Shown: piece after piece, positions 26,990-40,000 of the stretch
Layout of the letters: each line of letters starts with the position of its first letter
How positions within the stretch are numbered: the first letter of the stretch is position 1
Assembly: GCF_006345805.1 (NCBI RefSeq)
Contig: NC_043021.1
Span: 9,920,001-9,984,000 of the forward strand
Reading direction: 5' to 3'
Length of the DNA stretch: 64,000 bases
Source of the DNA: Octopus sinensis
Lineage: Eukaryota
Position numbers and translations under genes: made by a program
Notes under the pieces: generated by a model
The model's database searches: none
What the model saw: the letters and a program-made list of their open reading frames with translations, nothing else
What the model was told of the DNA's origin: nothing

Positions 26990-29900
26990 AAATATATATA
27001 TGTATGTATATATATATGTGTATATATATTTATATATATGTATGTATATATATATGTGTATATGTATATATGTATATGTATGTATATACATGCACTGTAC
27101 ATTGTTATTTACAATTTCATTTCTAATGCTACTATTTTGAATGGTGTATATTGTGTTAATTTATCCTTGCAAAAAGACAAAACAAAAATGGAGGGTTAAA
27201 CCAAAATGCTATGTTTTCAGATGTCTTTTTTTTATAATTATTATTATTATTATTTTCTTAAGTTAATAATTTATAAAATGTTTTTTAAATCGTTTTGTTT
27301 TTTAACAATCTAGCAATATTTTTAGTCCTGCTCAAATCGACTTTATTCAAGTTAATAATATTAAAACTTGTGTTAAAGACTATACGAATATAATTAATTT
27401 TCAGGTGATTTTCTTAACAGTAAATTTTAAAATCAGATTTTTCAGCCTTATTCCTTAAGGTAAGATGTAATTGGTGTTGTTTGCAGAGGACTGAAGCTGT
27501 TTGCTAGGACTAGGTGATCAATATAGCTTAAATTGTTATTCAGGCCAGTTTGAGGTCCAACCGAGGCTAGCTCTAGTTTTTCTTTTATTTAATATACATA
27601 CAAATATATATGTATATATTATATATATATATATGTATGTATGTAGTTTGTTAGATTTTAGAAAAGTAAAGTATTTTAAAATCTAAACACACGTAGAATG
27701 TCTGTAAACATTAAAATGCTTGATTATGGTAAATAGTAATAAATGTGTAGAGGTAGGGCATTTTATGCACATCATTTTAGGCAATTAACTTATTTATTTG
27801 CATCAACCACTCCTTGGTGAAGCTAGAATTCAAGCTATTTTTTTAAGTGTTTTGAGACTATTATTCATGATACATCTTTGATATAGTGTTTAAAGTAATG
27901 GATTTAGTAAACATTGAACATTTTAATTTTCATTCTAAACTTCAGGATGTATATTTAAAGTAAGCATTAAAAAGTCTTTTGCTGAGACCTAAACTAGTCT
28001 GATCAGTTTTCAAATGGTCTTAGATCACAAGGGAGTTGAAAAATACTCAACAACCCAGTTGTTATTAGGGGTACGGTTTTTTGAAACTTTATGAAAGCTA
28101 TTAAGAAAAGTAGATATAAACAGTGACAGATGTACAAGTTTTGTCATAAGATATTTTCTTTCTGTAGCTTGATACAACTTCAAACTGCAGTTTTCAAAAT
28201 TAAATACAAGAGCTGCTCACATACAATATGTTCTTTTTCGATTTCAGTTGGGGACTATGGTCAGTGTGGAGCATTTTCTTAAGGGTTTTAGTTGATTATA
28301 TTCACCATCTTTCTATATTTTATCTAATTGTTAAGTTTGATCTATAACACATTAACCAGTTTTTAGTCACACACATCTATATACACATATATACGCCTCC
28401 ACCCCGTATGGTGGGCTTCTACACAGTTTTTGTCTACCAAATTCCATTTTCCCAGTTTTGGTGAGTCAATCTACTCTAGAACTAATTTGTCCAAGATGCC
28501 ATAAACTAGCTTCAAACTTAGGTTGTAAAGTGAATGTCAAAGGATGTACAATGATTTGTGTGTGTGTGTGGAGGCGCATGGCCTAGTGGTTAAGGTGTTG
28601 TACTGATGATTGCAAGGTTTTGCTTTCAATTCCCAGACCGGTGCTGTGTTGTGTTTTTGAGCAAAACACTTCATTTCATGTTGCTCCAGTCCACTCAGAT
28701 ACAAATAGGCAATCCTACAACAGATTGTTGTTTTGAGAGGGAATGTTAACCTGCCCATTTAGCTAGCTGGGTAGCATCATTCGAAAGCTACAAGAATGCG
28801 AGGAAGTGGATTGTAACTTCCAATAGTTCTGGTCAATACAGGGATGTGCATTATATCTGAAACAAGAATCTTACAGAAACTTGTCAATGAGAAATAAAAT
28901 GAAGTTGCTTGGTTTATACTTTAAAAAGCAATCCTTTTAGACTCCATTTATGTAGCTTTGGCTATTGTTAATTTTACAGGAAATTTATAGGCTTCATAAA
29001 CTTAATGTTTGTTTTGATTGCCAGTTCCTGTCAAGCCGCTCAACCCATGCCAGCATGGAAAGCGGACGTTAAATGATGATGATGATTCCACTTTAGAAAC
29101 CAAGCTCCTTTCAAACTGTCCAATAAATGACACCTTTGAAAGAGGATGTTGAGTGATGACCATAGAATGAATTAACGATGATGATGATTAAAACAGTCGA
29201 AGTAGTGTAAATAAGTATTATGAAGATACAATAGCTAATAATCTGGGAAATAAATCTAATTACTCTCAAACATTTAGGCATTTTATATGGTATCTTTATG
29301 AACTGTCTTGTATCTTTTACTTGTTTCAGTCATTAGACTATGGCCATGCTGGGGCACTGCCTTGAAGAATATTTAGTTGAATGAATTGGCCTCATTACTT
29401 ATTTTCTTTTTTTATCCTGGTTCTTATTCTGTTGGTCTCTTTTGCTGAATTGCTAACTTACAGGGATGTAACCACACCGATAAATTATGAGGGAGGGGAC
29501 AGACACACATACGTAATGGGCTTCTTTTAGTTTCCACCTACCAAATCCACTCGCAAGGCTTTGGTAGGCCCGAGGCTATAGTAAAAGACACTTAACCAAG
29601 GTGCCACACAGTAGGATTGAACCCAGAACCATGTGGTTGGGAAGCAAGCTTCATACCACATAGCCATGCCTGTGCCTATGAACTAATGAAAAGTTCTTCC
29701 AGAATCATGTAACGCAGGCCCAGTAGTCCAGTACTCACTCAGGTCATCATTTTCCAGTTTTGGTTATAATTACCAGTAGCTATTTATATTTTAGTTGATC
29801 ACTTCCCTTCTAATTACGCATGCATTAATATAATGATTAGTACAACTCTTATGAGCGTAGTGTCTGTCAACCCAGGAAGACATATCTCTGTTACCGTCTG

Positions 29901-32900
29901 TCTATATCCTGCTTACTAGATTTGTTTTTTTTCTTTAGTAGGCACTTTAGTAGCAAATAGGACAGGTTATCATGAATGGTACCAACCAGTTACTCTAACA
30001 TTTCTCTGTTGCTACAAATAGTTACCTTTATCCTCTACAAATTTTTCCTCTTTCATTTCTGTCCCAGGTGAGATTTGTGTGTGTGTGTGATAATGTGGAT
30101 GTTAAATGATGATGATGATATATGTGTGTGTGTCTGTGTATATACACGTAAGTTAACAAACAGGAGATAGTGCTCAATAAACATAACAGTTTATTTATTT
30201 ACACAAGGGTGATGATTCACTGCAAATTATTGGGCAGATGCACCAAGTTAGAAACATAGAAAAGAAGCCAAGAAACCTCAATTTCAAACGCACACACACA
30301 CACACACACACACACATTCATTTATCTTCATTATTATTGTTCAAGAAAACAGTTGCTTCTTCAGCCATAACCATCATATGAAATAGGGATTCCTCCCATC
30401 TCCATTTGACTAGGTTATTTTAGGTCTAACTCCTTCAAGTCCTCCTCCACTAAGTAGACTCCCTTGCTCTAGAGTCCTATATGTTGTTGATACGGTTTAT
30501 CTTTTTAGGGTGAAGGCGTATAGCTTAGTGGTTAGGGTATTTGGTTCATAGTTGTAAGATCATGAGTTCAGTTCCCAGCGACATGTTGTGTCTTTAAGCA
30601 AGACACTTTATTTCACATTGCTCTAGCCCACTCAACTGGCAAAAATGGGTAGTATCTGTATTTCAAAAAAGGCCATCCTTGCTGCACTCTGTGTCATGCT
30701 GAATCTCCCTCAGAACTACGTCAAGGGTCCATGTGTCTGTGGAGTGCTCAGCCACTTGCATGTTAATTTCACAAGCTTTCTATAGCCTTGGGCTTGACCA
30801 TACCTTGTAAGTGAAAGTAATAGGAGGAAACTGAGCTGAAACCTGTCTTACATTGATAGCATTTGAAAAGACTCTTTGTTTCTGTCTCATAACTTAGTGG
30901 TTGTAGTGTGTACGTCTCCAAAATAAGACCGCTCTTAATATATACTTGGGTCAGTTAGAAATCCTTTAAGATGCTCCACTGATGCTGCAGTGTAATGACT
31001 GAAACTAGTAAAGGACTGTATAGTTAATTGCATATGAAAACTAAGTTAAGATATTAATTGCAAAGTTCACCTTTTTTCTCAAGAAATTGGGAATTTTTTT
31101 TCTATGTATAAGTATTGTAGTGGTGTTGATTTATTGTTTGGTTGTTATGAATTTATCTAAATTTAAGATTATAGATTATCAATTAGTTCAACTGTAGTTG
31201 GAAGGGTTTTTATTTATTTATTTATAAAGCCTCAAACTGGCCTCTATTGATGTTGTATCTCTTTAATTGATAATACTTGCTGCTATTATAACCACTTCAT
31301 TCCAGTGCACCTGCAAATCGAGGAGATAAGTCGTAGACTGCGAACAGGAGACCTGGGCATCCCACCTAACCCTGAAGACAGGTTTGATAGCGACCTGCTG
31401 CTGCTATTGAGCAGTAGTAACCTTATCATTGTTTTAACTTCTTTTTCAACAGCCAGGCATGCAAAGAGTCAGTGCAAGAAATCTCTTTCTCGCTCTCTCT
31501 TTTTCTCTCAAATTAAAAGTTGGATGCAACATTAAAGTTATATTTCCAAAAAAATGCACACATCTTCTGTAATGGTATCATTTCTTTTGATTTTTTTTGT
31601 GTTGATTTTTTTTTTAACTTTAAATAAACAATCAGTATTCCTTTCTGTATTTAAAGACACACAAAAAAAGGGAGATTTACCTTTAAGTTCAATAAACCCC
31701 TCCCCAATGACATCCAACTTTTTCAGAATTCCAATAATACATTTATTCTATTTTGTTTAAATACTTGTTCATTTTTCAGCTGGTTGTAGTTGGTGTAAAT
31801 CTTTGTTAAAGTCTAGCTGCTAGGGTATCTGTCTTAGAGATATCACCTGCTTTCTTTCTGGTACCATTTATTTGATCAGTTCACCCCTCCCCTTCTGTTC
31901 TTCCTTCTATGCCAATTATCACTGCTACTAAATCTAGTCACTATTTGTCTTCAACTAATATCTTTTATATTATTTATTTTGAGAACAGACTTATTTGTCC
32001 TATTAATGTTAAACTCAAGAATTTTAATACTTTTCATTATTCAGTGTTGTAAAAAAAATTACTGCTAAGATTTTATGCAACTCAGTTGATGGCTCTGGTT
32101 TTAGTCATTGCAAATCCTGCTCTTAGAAAAAGTCCTAAATCATAAACATCTGTGGTTCTATGTTAATTCTGCTGTTAACGTTACAGAAGGTTTACATTAG
32201 ATTCATTTTGTTGTCTTGGATAGTTTGTGATGTAATTTTCTTTTACTTCTGACATTTTCTTTACTCTCAACATTTCTTTCTAAGTGTTCTCATAACTGCT
32301 TGCTTTGCTTTTTCTTTCAAGTTTTCTGATTTTATTAGTCTTTACTCTCTTACGGTGCCATTACATCGATCAGGTCTTATATAACAAAACAATTTCGTTA
32401 TAAATGTTATTCCTTCAAGTGATTTAATTAGATCTTTTTAGAGATTAACTTGTCCCTGCACTTCTGCGTCCTCCAGTCAGACAATAATGTTGATAATCCT
32501 TACAGTAGATACCCTCATCCTATGTTCCATGGTATCCACAAGTGTCCCCTGAGACTAGAAAAATTATTACTTCTTTCTAATGTCATAGCTGCAGCTGGGC
32601 TATGGGGACAACCACAAAGTCCAATAACTTTTGACTGCTAGCTTTTTTCTCTTGTTTTATTCTGTCTTTGTCTAAGGTTTTCTGAGTCTTCAAAATGCTC
32701 TTAAAAACACAAGGAACTTATGGAATTCAAAGAGTGTTTCTGTGCATCCTCAGTTGTTTCTCCTGTATTATTGCACACCTGTTGCTCCAAGTGGTTTGAT
32801 TTTGTATAGGTTTTGATAACCTGAATATTTGTAAGAATTTTAAATATTTGGAGCAGCTGGTGTTGTTGTTTCACCCCCCCCCGCCACCCCAGGTCATCAC

Positions 32901-35900
32901 TTATCTGCCAGATATAGAATCAAAGATATTCCAACCTTGATCATCATGTCTTTCATTTAAACATTGCTCTGTCCCTCCCCATCCTCCTTTTTCTTTTTAT
33001 TACAGTAGAGGGGTGATTTGAGGGAGATTTATTTGGCTGCTATTTCTAGCCATTTGAACAACCTCATGGAGGCTCTCCTGTTGTTAACATAGATGGATGC
33101 TATTCACAACACCACCGACTAGAACTGGACCATTCCACTGTTCTTCGGGCAAGGTACTCAAAAGACAAGTATGATACTTTGTAATGCTTGCTGTACCATG
33201 CTCCTCTGAGTTGAACGTCAGTCTGTACTTCGGAAGAATATTTTCTTTTTAACGGATCGTAACATTCCAAATTAGTTGACTACATAAACCCTAATTCTAG
33301 CAGGAATAACTAAGTCATCATTTATGTAAAAACATTGATATAGAATTTATCCCTTTTCTCATTCAAGTCTTAATCATCTTTTTTCTTTTTTTAATCCGTG
33401 GAAATTCTTTTCAGCTGCACTTCAAGACTTAATAATTCGTATTTGTTTTTTTGTCATAATAAACAAAATTCTTTTTTTTCTAACTTATCTTGCACTGGCT
33501 CTTCAGCACCTTCAAAGTAATTCTTTAAAAAATTTTAATTATTATAATATATATATATCTTTAATTATAATATTAATTATTATTAATAATAATGTCATTA
33601 TATGATCTTTTTTGCTTTTTTTGTCTGTTGGGGGTTATATTTTCTTTTTTCCATTCTTAAAACAAATGAAACAAAATTTTAAGAATAAGAACAATGAAAA
33701 TTACTTCCCCTGGTCTTGCTTCTCAGAGTAATTTTTGTTATTTTGTTTTAGTTAAAAAAAAGATTTTTTTCTTCTTACATTACTATTTTAATCTGTTCAA
33801 CCAAAATAGTTTAATTAATGTAATTGAAAAAAAAAACAAACCAAAAAAAAAAAACTAATACATTCTTAGTTTAATATACTGTAAAAGTAAAAATGCAATT
33901 TTGTTATTGTTCTTGACTTTTGTAGGTACATATATATATGTGTATATAGGTATATGTTTATATACATGTATATATATGTATGTATATATGTGTATATAAA
34001 TGTGTGTATGTGTATCTATGTGTATATATGTATGTATATATTTGTATGTATATACATATAAATATGTTTGTGTGTATATATGATATATGCAAATATGGAA
34101 AAAGTTTGGTCTCTGACCACATGGTCTTAAGTTCAGTCCCACTGTGTGGTACCTTGGGCAAGTGTTTACTATAGCCCCAGGCCATCTAAAATCTTGAGTG
34201 GATTTGGTAGGTGGAAACTGGAAGAAGCCTGTCATATAAGTATGTATGTGTGCAAGCAGTGTTCTTCATTTCCAAACTTCCATGAAAACATGTCTGGTCA
34301 TGGAGAAATATTGGCTTATTTGGAAAGAGGTGAGGGTTGACAACAGGAAGGGTCTCAGGCTGTAGAAAATCTGCCTCAACAAATTATGCCCGATCCATGC
34401 AAGCACGGAAAAAGTTAACATTAAATGATGATGACATGTATGTAGTATGTATGTATATACATATATGTATGTATGTGTGTGTATATATGTATGTATGAAT
34501 GTATATATATATGTGTGTGCGTATGAATGTGTGTATCATCATTTTGTATGTGTGTGCATGTGTGTACGTATATCTCTATATGTATAAACTCTGTCCTAAC
34601 CATTTATGCCATTTCTTTCTCAAATGCACCACCCCATTAAAATTATTTTTTTCCTGGTATTTTAAAAATAATCTAAAATTATTTATTAAATATTTTTTAT
34701 ACTCATTAAACATTTTCTTTATATTGTACATGAGAATATTAATTTTTAAAAATTATTATTTCAACCTTTTTTTTTTCATTAGCTTTTCAGATAAATGTTT
34801 AATATATATATTTATATATATGTATAAATATATATATATATTCGTGTGTATAATATAAGGCCAATGGATATGGTCAAGGTAGTAAGGTGTTTAACTAGAT
34901 GCTTCACTGTATCTAGTTTGGTTTGTCATTGTTCTGCTTTCAAATAGTTTTTGGGTCAATTTCATATTTCTTCTTCCTTAAGGGCATCAATAATATACTG
35001 TGACAAATTTGACTCTACTACTATTATAACCATACAAATATCATTATGTAATCTGATTAAAATGTATCCATGTAGCTTTGATAATGCTGATTTAGAAGGT
35101 TCCCTTCATATTCTGATTTTTATTTCCTGCTTTTTGCAGACTTCTGATAGAAGTCAGCAATGCTATTGAACTTACATCTGAATATTTGAACCACAAATAG
35201 CTTTGAACATTTCTTTTACTCTGCTCTGCAAAGCAGCTGATGGTATCAAACTGTGTTGGTTTTGTGATTACAGTTGGGATAAGTGGTGTGTGATATGGTG
35301 CTGAAGGCTAGAGAAGAAAAATACTTCTGCAGTTATGATAATCCATAGCTATTAAGTAATGTCCCAACAATATCCAGCTACTTTCTGATGACCTGACCTG
35401 GCTCTCTTGAAATGAGGGGTGTTCTAGAATAGCATTTCCTTGCATGCTTGTTGGTAAGAGTCAGTACTCCTGTATAATTTTAACAAGTTTGTATTCGACT
35501 GACCAAGCAGTATTTAGCGACGAGGCATATAGTTTGATCTAAGAGGAAAATTAGTATGAGTATAGATTAACCAGGCTCTGTTATCTAATGTGGGGCCTTT
35601 AAGTGAAAGCTTGATTGTCGTATACTCTTTCAAGGAAGAATATAGTAGTGTCTCCCCCTATAAAGGTGAAACGATCAGGGATGTGGCACCACATGTTTAC
35701 TTGGTAGACTGAAAGACAAAGAAATCTTTTTTTCAATATCAGTAACTCTTCACCCTCATCATTGAAATAACTTGTCCTGCTACACTCTTTTAATCATATA
35801 GTCAGTACCAGTAATATACAGTGATGAATTTGATCTTGCAAATATCTTATGTGATCCACTTAAAATGCAGCTGTATAGTTTTATCAGTCTAATATTGGAT

Positions 35901-36961
35901 TAGTCAGATCCCTTTGGATTCTGTTTTTCATCTCCCATTTTCAATGAAGTGCTAATAACAGTGTCGAAAGACGATGAGCAAAAGTATTAGACTGTAAATT
36001 GTTCGAATTTAGATCATTGTTGCATTTAAAGGATAGTTAACTAATGAATAATTTTCGTGTCCATCTCAGATTTTTCATGTAAAAGCTTGTTTTCTCGGAC
36101 CATCCCAAAGTTGTTTAAGACAGCAGTTTTTATTCATGTAGAGCATTCGACAGATCAGTAAAAGTGCATCTGTGGTAGTCATCTGTGCAGCATGTTCTCC
36201 AACATGGTATATCCAAATATTTGATTTGTATTAAGTGATCACTCACCTTGGATGTTTCTCTATTAAATTAACTGTTGAATCTGATTAAGCTTGGATTTTG
36301 AGAGACTTTTTTTTCCAAATCCACACAATGAGTTGCTAGGTACTATACACTTTATTTAATGCAGTATCGGTGAGTTGTCAGCCTAGCAGACTGTGGCCCA
36401 CGAAAAAGATATAAATAAGTAGAGCAATGAAACTTAGACATGTCTTAGTTTCCCCTTTATGACTCCCTTTTATATGTGTATTTGGTTTCTTTCATCAGTA
36501 CAGACATTCAACTTCTGATGTGGCAGATGCTTGTAATGTTACAATTTAGCCCCTTTTGTGACATCCACATTTATTTTGAGGTTCTTTAAAGCTCTTTCTT
36601 ATTCATACAATAAAGTTGGTTGTGATACAGATATAGCATTGTGGTTTAGCCCTTCGACATTTAAACTGGCCTTCGAACCAGCTAGATCAGACCTCTCACA
36701 CCTATCCTACAATGTCATTCTGAAAATAAGCAATCACATCGTTGAAATCTCAAAGCTATAAAATAATCCATGATTAATTCACATCAATGTGAATAAATAA
36801 CCATTACAATTAACAGAGTAATCTATTCAACTACTTGGTTCTAGGTGTGACTCCACTGCAACACACTTTAGGCAAGCATCTTATATTCATAGCTTGCATT
36901 GATCAAAGAGATGTAATTGGAAGTTGGCAGACGGAAACACTGTGGAAGGCCGTTAGCTATG

Positions 36962-37008
<47 letters not shown>

Positions 37009-40000
37009 AACTGAGACTGCCAGCCGCCACTGACCATCAGGGCACTCCCAGATTCTCCCATCCCCCTTTCCCCACCAGCCTTCTTCCTCTACTACCCTTC
37101 CAAGAACTCACAACGACCTCCGACACACAAGTGCAAACAAGGGAGTCAGAGAAAGGCAGAATGCCACTTAAATCTGAACACTACTATAGAAATATTCTTT
37201 TAAAAAAACTTTTCTTCTAATTTTTCTAAATTTAATTATTTAATCGTTACAGTTGAAAAGGTCTCAAAATGACCGAAACCGGTACTGAAATGTTCACTAT
37301 AAAATTATCTTAGCATTTTCTATTTTTGACTTGTCTTTTCATATATATATATATATATATATATGGGCATGGCTGTGTGGTTAGGGAGCTTGCTTCCTAG
37401 CTACATGGTTTCGGGTTCAGTCCCACTGCGTGGCACTTTGGGTAGGTGTCTTTCACTATAGCCCCGAGCTGACCGGAGCTTTGTGATTGAATTCGGTAGG
37501 TGGAAGTTACTGCCGTGTGTGTATATGTGCGTGTAGGTGCTTGTGCCTCTCCGAAAGAGAGAGAGGGATATATATATATATATGTGTGTGTGTGTCTTTG
37601 TGTATTGGTATGGGGGTGAACAATTATTTTACTAGATTTACATCAAGGTCAAATTGCTTTTTGTCCCTTACAAGAGAAATAGAATAAATACCAGATTGAG
37701 AATTAGTTCGTAATCAACTAAACCTTTGAATAGTGTCGCAGCATTTTGCCTGGAGTGAAATGACTGAAATTAGTAGATTTTTGTGTGTGTGAGTGAGTGA
37801 GTTCATGCTTGGTTCAATTATACATGAGGGGGTGCTGAAAATTCCTGCTTTTTAAGGATATTGCAAAAGGCATAGTTTGTGGCCTAGCCTATAGAGTTCT
37901 TTTACAGGGCTCAGAAAAACTGAAGGACTTACTGCAATAAGCGTGTGAATCTGAGAGGGAAATATGTTGAATAAAATAAAAAGCTGATCCTCCTGTATTT
38001 TCTTTTACCCAAAGCCCTGAACTTTTCAGCACCCCTTTGTAGGTAACATGTTGGTGTCCCAATCAATGCTGGCTAAGTGTTGTTGTTAATACATTTATTA
38101 TACATTAGAGGTGTACTGATCCTATTGTAATTCATGTGTTGTTCATTCAGCTGTGTCTAATGTATATTACCAAGTCAGTTCATTTCTAGGTCATGTGCTG
38201 TTAGTATTTTACCAAATCATATTTGTATATAAGATTTTTTGATTGCATGCAATTCCTTTCTATTCAAATGTCTTCCTGTTATGAGTAAAGAAAAAGGAAG
38301 ATATGTTCTTAGATTTGAAAGAAGCCTCTAGCTAGCCATGATTCTGTTCTTCAGTAAGTTTATTAAGCAAAGAGCAGTACTATTATACTGTCTCTTTGCA
38401 CTGTCTTTTTGGCCTCTATTCTTCAAGAGAGATTGGTGTATCATAATAATAATAATAATAATAATAATGAAATTATTGTATACAGTGCTCAGGTGCACCA
38501 CAACTTGTCAGAAAGTGCATATAAAGTACATGCAGTAATGTAGAAATGTCTGGAAAGTGAACATGCTTGTGTGTGTATGGAGGGGAGAAAATCAAGTGTA
38601 GTGTTGGTGAATCTCAGGAAGCATGGAAGTCTTGAAGGATGCAGTGCTCCGACAACTAACAACCGATGCCGGCAGTTTGTTCCACGCTTCAGCAACTCTC
38701 AGCGTGAACTCAGCAACTCTCAGCGTCATACTTTGCATTTGCCAGTTCTTGGGCCCCTATCTGACCATAATGCTTCAATCATCTGTGTAGTGATCATGGT
38801 ATTGAATAGGTTTGAATGCCATGAGGAAATATGTGGTTCTAATATTACTTCTCAGAGCCTCAATGTGAATGTTCAACCTGTTAGAAATAGCAACCAAATG
38901 ACTCAATTCACACCCCACCATTTTAGAAAAGGATATGTTAATGTCATCCTGGGTTCCTTACACATAGGAAAGAGACAAGAGGTTCACAACTGGAATGCTT
39001 TCGGTCATTAGTCTACTTAAAACCAGGTGGAATCTGGTGCTAAATAACATAACAATTACATAAAGCTATTTTAGTGAACTTTGACTTTATTTCCAGATAT
39101 AAGGCTATTATGGTTTTCCTTAAACTCTGGTGGGTTTCAGTAAATGGTGATTGTGTATGAGTGCCTATTTATATGATGAGAAAATTGCAGAGACCTTCTG
39201 CTGGTTTAGCCACACTTGCTATGAAGTTCCTATAGTTATTTTCTGCATATCTCTGGGTCGTTTTCTATTTGTAAATTGTTTCTCCATACAAGCTCCATAT
39301 CTCCCTTTGATATTGCAGTTATAGGTGTCATGTACAGAGCAAGTTATTGTGAGATGACATTTTGAAATAAAAAAAAAAGAGAGATGGGGGAGAGACTGAT
39401 TTGACTGTAGTTGGGACGTTCTTCTTGTGACCTTCTATTTGTTGCTTGTAGTGAATTAACATGTGTTTGTGTATTTTCCTCACTATCTCTTCTGTGTGTA
39501 TAGAATTGTTAGATTGATAAATAAAAAAAAATAGGATTTAGAGATTATTGATTCAAAATAATGTATTGTTCAAAATATAAGGATTACTGTGTGTTTCAAT
39601 GACTTGTGGCCATATGTAGTTTTTCTATTGGAATACAGATTTCCTTCGGTCATTTTCTGCCTGTGTGGAGTGCAAAGCCATCTGTTGGTTCCTTGCTTGT
39701 TTGATGTGAAACTTGTAGTTACAGAACAATGGAACTTGAATAAAATATATGGGTATAAATGTGTAGAGTATATTCATGCCTATAAACATTCCTTTCTTTT
39801 TAAATAATGGGAAAAAAGTCTTTATTTTTTAATACAAGTCTTTTGATACATATGTAAACATAAATGTTTTCCTGGGTGCGTCTTTAGTTTGATTAAACCA
39901 TAAAGTTTATGGTGGTGAGTTTGTTAAAAGAACTGGTTTGTTAGTTTATGTAATCAAGATCTTGCTAGATGAAGGCTATTTAGAAAGAATAGGATAGAAG

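Noticed and set aside
31305-31535. ORF-track entries overlapping SF1 exons (also 26217-26414 and 62594-62830)
   Set aside because: Exons with intronic read-through, not separate genes.
33093-33168. Candidate cassette exon or C/D snoRNA
   Set aside because: Acceptor lacks a polypyrimidine tract and lies at a repeat edge; C box is imperfect with wrong spacing to CTGA.
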